Shown here: piece by piece, positions 56,124-64,000 of the stretch | Layout: each line of letters opens with the position of its first letter | How positions within the stretch are numbered: position 1 is the stretch's first letter | DNA from: a virus | Reading direction: 5' to 3' (one strand) | Length of the DNA stretch: 64,000 nt | Virus record (IMG/VR): IMGVR_UViG_3300025070_000022 | Location: 1-64,000 of that record | Program-made: the position numbers and the translations under genes | Notes under the pieces: generated by a model | Told to the model about the DNA's origin: nothing | Seen by the model: the letters and a program-made list of their open reading frames with translations, nothing else | Databases searched by the model: none

Positions 56124-58364
56124 TCATCCTTGTAAAATCCAATGTGTTATGACCTCACAAGTATGCAAACTTCTTGCTTGGATAGTGCCTTCAATAGTCA
56201 CTGCTCCTTTGTCTTCCGGCATAGGCCAAGAGTTAGAAGTTAGGAAATAGTTGCTAAACTTGAGAGTAATCTTTTCTCCGTTGCCCTTTGTGAAAACTAA
56301 CTCAACTTGGCTATCTGTAGTTTCGGAAGTATTGACTAGTTCATTATACATTGCATCATCAGTGACCATAGCACTGAAAGTCATTTCGTAAGTTCTTTGT
56401 GCTGGAATAGCATCCTTAACTCCTCGACTTCCAATTCCAATGAATCGCTTATCAGTAAGTGTATTATTCATGGCTAGGCTGAAACTAGTAATCTTCAAGA
56501 ACGATTGTCCGAACATCTTAATTTGTCCATCGGAAAAGAAGAAAGGTTCTCGGAAAGAATCAGTAGAATCATAGTTGATGAATGAAGTTTCATCAGTGAC
56601 TCCCCTTCTAGCCTCATAAGATTCAGTCTTTTCTAAGTTGTGAATTGAACGAACCATGCAGTTCATACTCATCTTGAGTTCTTCGTTTTCGTTAGCAGTG
56701 AGGTTGAGAGTATTGACTCGGTTTCCTCTAGCAATTCTAACAAAGTTTTCTGTTTCATCAGCGTCACCTGTTTCAGTTCTGTAGGTATTGCTAGATGAGA
56801 GTTTAGAAAAGGATTGTTCTAAAGAGAACGATGGTAGATTATCTCCATCCTCTTCTGTCATTGTGTAAGTGATTGGATTAGTGATAGAAGTGGCCGTTCC
56901 TGTAGGAGCAGTCAATTCATCTAAGTCAGTATGTTGGTCGTCTAAAGCAGAAACAGGAGGAGTGAGGATAGTACCAATAGAGCGATAGAATAGTGGAGCC
57001 TGTCTATGGTTTCCTGTTGAACTTCTGTCGGGGTTTAGATAAAACTTGTCAGCAACATCAGCCGCTATATCGCTAGCGGCATTATCAGTAGCATCCAAAG
57101 TAGCACTAACAGTAGCCTTACCAAAGAAATAGTAAAGCCAAGCACCGTGATTTGCCATGACTCCTAAATCAGTAGCCCCTGCGGTTTCGATTCCTTTGTA
57201 TTGGTATGTGTAGTTTCTAGAACCACCAACCATAAGATTGACTTGTTTATTTTCTATTTCATTTTCGGGGAAAGTTAGTGAATCAACAACACCTAACCAA
57301 TTGTCTGCCGCTAGACGCTTGACCGACGAAGTTGCTGGAGCAGGTAATGGTGCGCCATATCTCTTTAGTACGAAAAAGTCAGCAGAGGCACTAACTGTAG
57401 TAGTAATTGCTGGAGAAAATGTAAAACTGGTAGAAGTGTTCGAGATTATTCTATGGATTGAAGTAGGAGAAGTCACAACATCTCCAGCCCCAGTAGTAGT
57501 AAAGGCAATAACTGGATTAGTACCAGCAACAGACAAAGTAAGACTATCTGCTCCCGAAACGCTAGAACCAGCATTAATAATAGTAGCATCTCCTAGTGAA
57601 ACTACTCCACCGTCAACATCACTCCCAATACTTACAAAGTCCCCGCTATTATCTCCGCCGGTGGCCACTGCCATAGTACCACTGCCAACATATCCACCTG
57701 TATTATTAGTGATGGTTAATACAGCACCGCTTCTAGTAATAGTAAGCCCACCCGCACCATTTAGTGCTGTTTGAACTGCTACAGCACATTGGATAGCAGT
57801 AGCAGAATTAGCAATACTTACTTCTACAAATTCATCAAAACCAGCATCACTAGCAACAGAGTCTCCCGCCGCATCAAATAAAATACCAAACGGTGAATCA
57901 CCCGCCGCACTTGCTCTTTGGATTGTAATAACTCCCGCACCATAATTTTGTCCGTCACCATCTGCGGCGGCAAAGGTAAGTTCTGTAGAATGAGCAGAAG
58001 GAGATAGGTGAACTTCTGCTCCAGTAGAAGACATGCTTCCAAGGCCAGTGATTGCGGCATTTTCTATAATTGCTTGAGCCGCAGTGACTTGAGTTCCAGC
58101 AGTTGTGACAGTGGCACTTCCTAATGTACCACTAGCAGAAGAAGAGGCTGGATTAGCAGTACGGCCTCCAGCGTAGTACTCTAAAGTACAACCTTGGTAG
58201 AGATTATTCACGAAAAGGAATTTACCTGTGTCAACATTTTCCGTATTTAGAGTGACCGTAGTTCCACTATCAGTCACATTTCCATTGCTTCTAAATGTAA
58301 AATCAACTTCGGGGACAAATGTCACCGATGCACCGCTTCCTAAAAATATATTATTGTTCGTCAT
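56124..58364 (-). CDS. Major tail tube protein with large insertion
   Basis: SFSLEQ, ITSFSLAMNNTL, RTYEMTF, ITLKF tube-like motifs; A/G/T-rich insert. Confidence 0.7.
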   Translation of the reverse strand: MTNNNIFLGSGASVTFVPEVDFTFRSNGNVTDSGTTVTLNTENVDTGKFLFVNNLYQGCTLEYYAGGRTANPASSSASGTLGSATVTTAGTQVTAAQAIIENAAITGLGSMSSTGAEVHLSPSAHSTELTFAAADGDGQNYGAGVITIQRASAAGDSPFGILFDAAGDSVASDAGFDEFVEVSIANSATAIQCAVAVQTALNGAGGLTITRSGAVLTITNNTGGYVGSGTMAVATGGDNSGDFVSIGSDVDGGVVSLGDATIINAGSSVSGADSLTLSVAGTNPVIAFTTTGAGDVVTSPTSIHRIISNTSTSFTFSPAITTTVSASADFFVLKRYGAPLPAPATSSVKRLAADNWLGVVDSLTFPENEIENKQVNLMVGGSRNYTYQYKGIETAGATDLGVMANHGAWLYYFFGKATVSATLDATDNAASDIAADVADKFYLNPDRSSTGNHRQAPLFYRSIGTILTPPVSALDDQHTDLDELTAPTGTATSITNPITYTMTEEDGDNLPSFSLEQSFSKLSSSNTYRTETGDADETENFVRIARGNRVNTLNLTANENEELKMSMNCMVRSIHNLEKTESYEARRGVTDETSFINYDSTDSFREPFFFSDGQIKMFGQSFLKITSFSLAMNNTLTDKRFIGIGSRGVKDAIPAQRTYEMTFSAMVTDDAMYNELVNTSETTDSQVELVFTKGNGEKITLKFSNYFLTSNSWPMPEDKGAVTIEGTIQARSLHTCEVITHWILQG

Positions 58365-58391
58365 AAAATCCCTCTCCCTTTTACAAACTTA

Positions 58392-59111
58392 CTAGGGGAT
58401 TGTCTGTGCGTATCTCTTTGCCGTTAATGTCACTTTATATCCAAAGAGTCGTTTCTTTCTGTCATTTGCTTCGCTTCGATTTCCAACTTCCAATAAACTA
58501 AAGCATGAACCATCGCTTGCAGTATAACCCCGTCGTTTGCTCTCAAGTGCATGACGAAGTATCAAGTATAAAGACCTTAACCTATCTCTTCCGTAATTAG
58601 AATCTCTTGAATTAAACTTAATCGACTGCCCAGTTCTTGCTTTAGTTGGTGTAGCCGATAGAACAAGAGTAGTGCTATTCGTGATACTGGATACTGTTGT
58701 GCCATCTGGGATTCCTGTACCTGTGACCTCCATGCCTACAGCAATACCCGTAGTTGAAGTAAGGGTCATGTTGGTACTGCTGGTTGTATATGCCCCTCCC
58801 GAACTTGTGAACGAAGTACCAACGGCTCTCTCGTCGTGAATACAACGAAGGTGTAAAGTGAAAGTATAGGTTTCATTGCGAACATCATAAAGAACCGTAG
58901 GATATTCTATGGTGTTACCATCTTCAAAAACTATGATAACATCTTTGCTAGAAAGGTCATATCTAGCACCCTGTCCTTTTTCTAAAGTTCTAACATCAAT
59001 TAGGTTTGGCTTAGGTAATGCTACTGGAATAGTACCTGCTTGATTCAAAGCAGTAGCAGAAGCAGACCAATTATTATCCAGCAAATCTAGAATTAGAGTG
59101 ACCTCATCCAT
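58392..59111 (-). CDS. Tail terminator/neck protein with inserted beta module
   Basis: Position upstream of tube gene; insert IAVGMEVTGTGIP. Confidence 0.6.
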   Translation of the reverse strand: MDEVTLILDLLDNNWSASATALNQAGTIPVALPKPNLIDVRTLEKGQGARYDLSSKDVIIVFEDGNTIEYPTVLYDVRNETYTFTLHLRCIHDERAVGTSFTSSGGAYTTSSTNMTLTSTTGIAVGMEVTGTGIPDGTTVSSITNSTTLVLSATPTKARTGQSIKFNSRDSNYGRDRLRSLYLILRHALESKRRGYTASDGSCFSLLEVGNRSEANDRKKRLFGYKVTLTAKRYAQTIP

Positions 59112-59295
59112 AGACCATTCCCTCCATTATTGATTGAGAGATAGCCCTTTCTAAATCCTCTTCGATGAACCTAGCCAATTCTTCATCCGAGAAAGAAATG
59201 TCGATTCCTAGAATAGTAGAAACCCTTTCCATTTCTAATTGACGCTCTTTGTGTTTATCTATCAAAGAGTTTAGGGTTTCAGTAATCTTCAACAT
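59104..59295 (-). CDS. Small hypothetical protein
   Basis: ORF track. Confidence 0.6.
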   Translation of the reverse strand: MLKITETLNSLIDKHKERQLEMERVSTILGIDISFSDEELARFIEEDLERAISQSIMEGMVYG

Positions 59296-59296
59296 A

Positions 59297-59803
59297 TCAA
59301 TCCCTTCCGTCAAATCTACTTTCTATTTTTTTATGAATGTTTTTAATTAAAGACTCAATGAATGAATTAGAGGTTTTTGAAAACACACTAATTGTACCGT
59401 TTTCTTTATTGTGAGAACCTGCATTGTATTCATAGACAGGATAAACGCCTTGGTCTTCTGCTTTTAATCTGTATTCTTCGCCAAAATTATCAGCAATTTC
59501 ATTTATTTCGTCTTCAAACCCTCTGTACCACAAATCATACCAATCTACATCTAATGTTATTTGTATTTCTTCAAATGGTTTTGATATAAAGTCGTCATTA
59601 TGACGGCCAACATTTGGGTTAAAACTCAATATGTAATTAGGAAAATAAATCATTCCATTGCTGAACTCAAAACCTTCAAGTCCTTCCTTTCTTTCTATTG
59701 TATCAACAAGTTCCCGATACAAACCATTCATAAATTCTACTTTAGTGTGATAAGGAATGTGGGTTTTACCACCACTGTTATTTTTTAATATTTTTTTCCA
59801 CAT
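59297..59803 (-). CDS. Hypothetical protein with WxxILK tag inside the structural operon
   Basis: MWKKILKN; very AT-rich. Confidence 0.7.
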   Translation of the reverse strand: MWKKILKNNSGGKTHIPYHTKVEFMNGLYRELVDTIERKEGLEGFEFSNGMIYFPNYILSFNPNVGRHNDDFISKPFEEIQITLDVDWYDLWYRGFEDEINEIADNFGEEYRLKAEDQGVYPVYEYNAGSHNKENGTISVFSKTSNSFIESLIKNIHKKIESRFDGRD

Positions 59804-59804
59804 A

Positions 59805-61109
59805 TCAATCCAACATATACACTAAGTCTTTCTTACCATCAATAAGAGCCATCCCTTCTGTACGAAGTAAATCGTACTTCTCCTTCGCTGATATGTTTGC
59901 TCCAGTTTCAGCAATCATTATTGTTTGGTCGTCATGTCGTAGAATTTCTGCCGCAACTAATTTAGTAGTGGCTTCGTGAACTGTAGAAGGTACTCTTCCA
60001 TCACCAGCAACATAAGAAACAATGATTGAGTTCTTGTTATGATAAGGATACTTCTTCAAAAAGAAAATTCTTCCATCGTCGCTCATCATCCAAAAGTCTC
60101 CTAAACGCTTCATATCTTCTTTGTCAGTAAAAGGTACAATAGAACAGACTGTGGGGATTTCATTGGTAGTGGTAAAGGTTAGTGTACTTGAGGCAGAACC
60201 AGTAGCGGCTTTGGAAAGAGTGACGGTAGTTCCACTATCAATAGAAGAAATAGTAGTAGAGGCAGGGATATTAGTTCCTGTGACTTCCATATCTACTGCT
60301 AATTTACTAGAATCGGCTACAGTCAAACTAGTGCTGGAGTTACTAGTAGTACAAGACTGTTGAATAGTAGCCTTTAGTGTGCAACCTGCTCCATCATCTC
60401 CCGATAATAAAGATGAAATTAAGACCTTAGTACCATCTTGGTCGTCTTTTTGTGAAAAGAAGAAATCCGAAATATTTAGATTACTAGTTTCTAATTCTTT
60501 TGAAGCAGTTGCTCCTGTAAATTGAGAGGTATTCGAGGGAAATTTCTCATTAATCAAATCAACAATTTCATTGTTAGTGGTCTTTATTCCGAAGGTAGTA
60601 CAAAACTCATCGTTTGCTAGTGCGGAAACATCATTTTCTGCTAGTAATTCAAAAGAAACTCCACCGTTAGGTAGTTGGAAAATAATAGAGTGTATATCTC
60701 TAAAGTTGTCTAAGAGGGTAATGGACCCTTGAGCCGAGGCTAATTCTCGATAGTCATTACCTTCCCAAACTCTAAGGCTTACAATCTTTCTAATCTTCAT
60801 CTGTTGTAGTTGTATAAAACCCACATATCCACCATAATAAGAAGCAATAGGACTCCTAGTAAATTCAAAATCTTTAAACTCATTCTTCCAAATAATGGGT
60901 CTAAAAGAACGGTTAATTTTTTCATCTACCATCCCTTCTATTCTTTTAATAATGGAGCCGACTTGTGCGGCAGAAGGATTAGTACCGGAGGTGAAAGGAG
61001 TGACTTGTAGTAGGTCAGAAACTGCGGCTATATCTGTGTAGAAACCTTGTCCTGTAGCATAGTTTGGGTTAATTGAAGTATAGTCACTGGGGGAGGATGC
61101 TACTGGCAT
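59805..61109 (-). CDS. Head-tail adaptor-like protein with inserted beta module
   Basis: IIVSYVAG...VPSTVHEATTKLVA adaptor-type C-terminus; insert LAVDMEVTGTNIP. Confidence 0.65.
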   Translation of the reverse strand: MPVASSPSDYTSINPNYATGQGFYTDIAAVSDLLQVTPFTSGTNPSAAQVGSIIKRIEGMVDEKINRSFRPIIWKNEFKDFEFTRSPIASYYGGYVGFIQLQQMKIRKIVSLRVWEGNDYRELASAQGSITLLDNFRDIHSIIFQLPNGGVSFELLAENDVSALANDEFCTTFGIKTTNNEIVDLINEKFPSNTSQFTGATASKELETSNLNISDFFFSQKDDQDGTKVLISSLLSGDDGAGCTLKATIQQSCTTSNSSTSLTVADSSKLAVDMEVTGTNIPASTTISSIDSGTTVTLSKAATGSASSTLTFTTTNEIPTVCSIVPFTDKEDMKRLGDFWMMSDDGRIFFLKKYPYHNKNSIIVSYVAGDGRVPSTVHEATTKLVAAEILRHDDQTIMIAETGANISAKEKYDLLRTEGMALIDGKKDLVYMLD

Positions 61110-62722
61110 TATATCACCTTCTCTTTTAATTCAGCAAGTTCTTCTTCTAAATCGTCAAAGTTTCCTAGTATATCACTTATGAAATCCGAGACAAATACTT
61201 GTTGTGTCCTTACCTCATCTTTCATTAAGCGGAGATGGGACAAACCATAACTAGCCATTCTTTCAGCGTATTCTTCTTTGGTTTCTATTCTTGTTTTTTT
61301 GCCTATCTTTACCCTTTTTCCATATAGGAGAGGTCTTTCTGTAGGGGTGAATTGCCCTACTCTATCGTCACCTTTACCTTTTACTTTTAGATTAGCCATT
61401 TGTGTGAATTTTAGTTCAGTATATTGGTGGGCTATTTCAATCATAACTTCATTCTTTGCTTTGATATTATCTATAACATCTCTTTCAATAGCACCAGTAA
61501 ATCCAGCAGACATAAACTTCTTTTGTTTAACTACAGCAGTCTTAGTTTTCTCCGCTTCTGCTTCAGCCATAGGTATCCGTTGTCGGTCTTTCCATTGAGT
61601 ATCTAGGGAGTTTAGTTCCTTATACAACTTCTTTGCTTCCTTTAAATCTTCATCATCAAGAAGACCATCCTTCCTCTTTTTATTGACTAGAGATAGTTCT
61701 TCATATGTACTAAGAATATCTATTTTCAAATCTTCTACAGTCCTTCTAGGCTTAACAGATTTAACATTCTCTACTAAGTTCTTCACTCCTTCTGTGATGA
61801 AATCGTGAGATTTTTCTCCGATTACTTGTCTCTCACCCTTACTTTTAAAATCCAATGTCAATTTCAAATTATTAGAAATATCTAAATCTAAAACAGATGG
61901 CATAATGAGAAGAATGATTTTAGCAATAACTCCTGCATCAAAATCCAAACTTAAAAATATTTCAGTATCGGTTTTTTTCCTAGATTTAATTTCATCGGAA
62001 AATAATTCTTTAACGGCTTCGCCTAATGCATCCTTATCTTCTAAACTAACAAGTGCCTTTACTCTTTCTGTATCAGTACCGACCCTAACAATTTCTGCAA
62101 TTCCTTGTTCTCTAAGCACTTGTGATTTTTCTTCCAAGTCTATTTCTAGAGTGAATTTTTCTCCCTCGAAGAATTTCTCTTCTGTAAATTTACTTTCAGC
62201 CTCTTCCAATTTAGCGTCTATTGCATCTAAGAGAAGTTTGCCTAAACGAACATAGACTCTATCTTGTAATTTAGATATTTGCTCATCATCCAGTTCCTTT
62301 GCTTCATCTATATCTTTATCTGTAGGCTTTCTAAACTCGGAAAAAGAGCCGAAGCCGGAAACTCTTTTCAGTAAATTAGGAGCCTCTAAATCCTTTATTG
62401 AATAATTAAGTAGACTTGGAATTATCGGAGTTTTATCGGTTTCTTTTTTAGAGTAATCAATTATCAATCTATTCTTCAAATTATACGATTCATCATTAAC
62501 AATATCAGCAATAGTTCTTTGTTCTAAAGGAACTATTATCTCTTGTAATTTATCAACAAATTCTTGAAAATTTTCTTCTGTTCCATCCAACGAATCCAAA
62601 TCATCTAAAATTTTAGAATCTGTTGATAAATGTTCATCAAAAACAAGTTCTACAATATCCTTTTCTAAAGTATCCTTATTTAAATTATAAGTTGTTGTGC
62701 GATTCAGTTTGAAGTTGACCAA
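61109..62722 (-). CDS. Charged helical hypothetical protein (537 aa)
   Basis: Long ORF, K/E/D-rich. Confidence 0.75.
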   Translation of the reverse strand: MVNFKLNRTTTYNLNKDTLEKDIVELVFDEHLSTDSKILDDLDSLDGTEENFQEFVDKLQEIIVPLEQRTIADIVNDESYNLKNRLIIDYSKKETDKTPIIPSLLNYSIKDLEAPNLLKRVSGFGSFSEFRKPTDKDIDEAKELDDEQISKLQDRVYVRLGKLLLDAIDAKLEEAESKFTEEKFFEGEKFTLEIDLEEKSQVLREQGIAEIVRVGTDTERVKALVSLEDKDALGEAVKELFSDEIKSRKKTDTEIFLSLDFDAGVIAKIILLIMPSVLDLDISNNLKLTLDFKSKGERQVIGEKSHDFITEGVKNLVENVKSVKPRRTVEDLKIDILSTYEELSLVNKKRKDGLLDDEDLKEAKKLYKELNSLDTQWKDRQRIPMAEAEAEKTKTAVVKQKKFMSAGFTGAIERDVIDNIKAKNEVMIEIAHQYTELKFTQMANLKVKGKGDDRVGQFTPTERPLLYGKRVKIGKKTRIETKEEYAERMASYGLSHLRLMKDEVRTQQVFVSDFISDILGNFDDLEEELAELKEKVI

Positions 62723-62734
62723 TGTAAATCACCT

Positions 62735-63382
62735 TCACATTAACCACTTGCCCCAAGCCGCTAATTTCTGCGCTTTTTGGGCTAAATGTAGACCGCTTTG
62801 TGGAGGTTCATAACTCATCTGTCCATTTGTAGGGTCAATCCAGTAAGGCCTTCCATAATTATCATTTCCACTAGGAGGTATAGGATAGCCACTGCCATTA
62901 TTCATAGCCAATCCAGTAGTGCCATAGGCTCCTTGTTGAATTGGTTGTTGTGGCATTCCATGTGAGGGATTAGAAGCCCCACTAAATCCTTGAGATTCAA
63001 GATATTGTTGTTTTGCCATTTTTCTTTGATTAATAATTTCACTATTTATTGCAGAATTCAAGATAGCATTCATATCTAAAGCGATATTCTCTTGAGTAAT
63101 TTGCTCATATTCTCGTAGGCTATCACTACTAACTTTCATATTTCCAGTAGTAGAATCTTGACGAAACTCTAATTTAGTTAGCATTCTACTAACACTTCTG
63201 TCAATTACATCTTCCATCAATTGCTCTAAACTAGATAAAAACTGTTCTCCGTGATATTGAAAGAATTCTTCCACATGGTTTTCTTGTAGAGAAAGCAGGT
63301 TATTTACAGTCTTAAACTGCGTGTCATTTTGCGCTTGTACTGCGCCCATTACTGCCCCATTACTTGTTCCAAATACGCCCAT
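62735..63382 (-). CDS. Hypothetical protein, Q/G/P-rich C-terminus
   Basis: ORF track. Confidence 0.75.
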   Translation of the reverse strand: MGVFGTSNGAVMGAVQAQNDTQFKTVNNLLSLQENHVEEFFQYHGEQFLSSLEQLMEDVIDRSVSRMLTKLEFRQDSTTGNMKVSSDSLREYEQITQENIALDMNAILNSAINSEIINQRKMAKQQYLESQGFSGASNPSHGMPQQPIQQGAYGTTGLAMNNGSGYPIPPSGNDNYGRPYWIDPTNGQMSYEPPQSGLHLAQKAQKLAAWGKWLM

Positions 63383-64000
63383 TATTCCTCACCTTTAGTC
63401 ACTATAGTATTCAATCGCTCGCTAGATATTCTTATTTCGTTTGTTAGTCGTATTACTTCTTCTAGTTTATTTTCATCCGTAGTCGGAGTAGGAGGAGTAA
63501 CTATCCAACCTACGCCCACTAGCGAAACAACATCGGCCTTTGATAAGGTGGTAAGTGGCCCCTTAGATAAAACTTGGGGCATTTTTGGTCTTGGAATGAA
63601 TGCCTTAAAATCTAAGCCATGCTCGTCTGCCAGTATTTGCTGTTGTAGCATTTCCATTTGTCTATGATGTGTAGCGTGTTTAGGGCAATAAGTACCTCTC
63701 ATCGGCCTACCTTTAGTGACATGGCTTAGTGGGATAGGGGGTCGCATGTAATCTCCGCTCTCCCAAATATGATGAACACCGCAGACAACGCAACGGTCTT
63801 TTAAATTAAATTTCCAGCCATATTTGATGAATAAGAATTTCTTTTTTTCTGCATTGAGTACCTTGGTAATTTCTTTCAGCATCTTCTTTGGTTTAATCTG
63901 CACGAAAGAATATTCGGAAACTGGACCTGCGGCTCTTGCGCTCATTAGAGGAGGCAAGAAAGAACTAGCAATGCTAGGATTGTTGGCGATTAGGTTGGGC
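63382..64000 (-). CDS. Zn-binding hypothetical protein (5' end beyond window)
   Basis: CVVCG...CPKH; frame open to window edge. Confidence 0.7.
   Translation of the reverse strand, partial: PNLIANNPSIASSFLPPLMSARAAGPVSEYSFVQIKPKKMLKEITKVLNAEKKKFLFIKYGWKFNLKDRCVVCGVHHIWESGDYMRPPIPLSHVTKGRPMRGTYCPKHATHHRQMEMLQQQILADEHGLDFKAFIPRPKMPQVLSKGPLTTLSKADVVSLVGVGWIVTPPTPTTDENKLEEVIRLTNEIRISSERLNTIVTKGEE

Noticed and set aside
385-63667. Many antisense ORFs of 60-180 aa in the ORF track (e.g. 937-1272, 54429-54938, 57238-57774)
   Set aside because: Lie opposite well-supported genes in strictly co-oriented blocks; no SD sites or motifs
1-64000. Cellular chromosome, provirus or alternative genetic code
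   Set aside because: No ribosomal or metabolic housekeeping genes, no integrase/att seen; long ORFs are intact in the standard code

Overview
64 kb of an AT-rich tailed dsDNA virus genome (Caudoviricetes, siphovirus-like tail) infecting archaea. Gene content most resembles magroviruses of Marine Group II Euryarchaeota/Poseidoniales (inference): archaeal-type replisome with RFC-S/RFC-L, clamp-like protein, RPA-like protein, PriS-PriL primase, split PolB with YGHTDS, ERCC4 nuclease and Cas4-like nuclease, plus TFB and GroES/GroEL. Layout: (i) 1-5.5 kb minus-strand cluster of unrelated proteins sharing an N-terminal M-x-W-x-x-I-L-K tag; (ii) 5.5-9.8 kb largely non-coding control region with repeated palindromic promoter elements, two single-gene cassettes each closed by its own 13-14 bp inverted repeat, TTAGAA iteron-like repeats and a candidate structured RNA; (iii) 9.8-42.2 kb plus-strand early/replication block with microgene arrays, three tRNAs, a ubiquitin-like module (Ubl-GG, candidate E2, E1, JAB) wrapped around a viral TFB, and a ligase homolog with lost catalytic residues; (iv) 42.2-64 kb minus-strand neck/tail block with a gpG/gpGT-type -1 frameshift. 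No capsid, portal, terminase, integrase or CRISPR array was recognised. All calls are from reading motifs by eye; no database searches were run.
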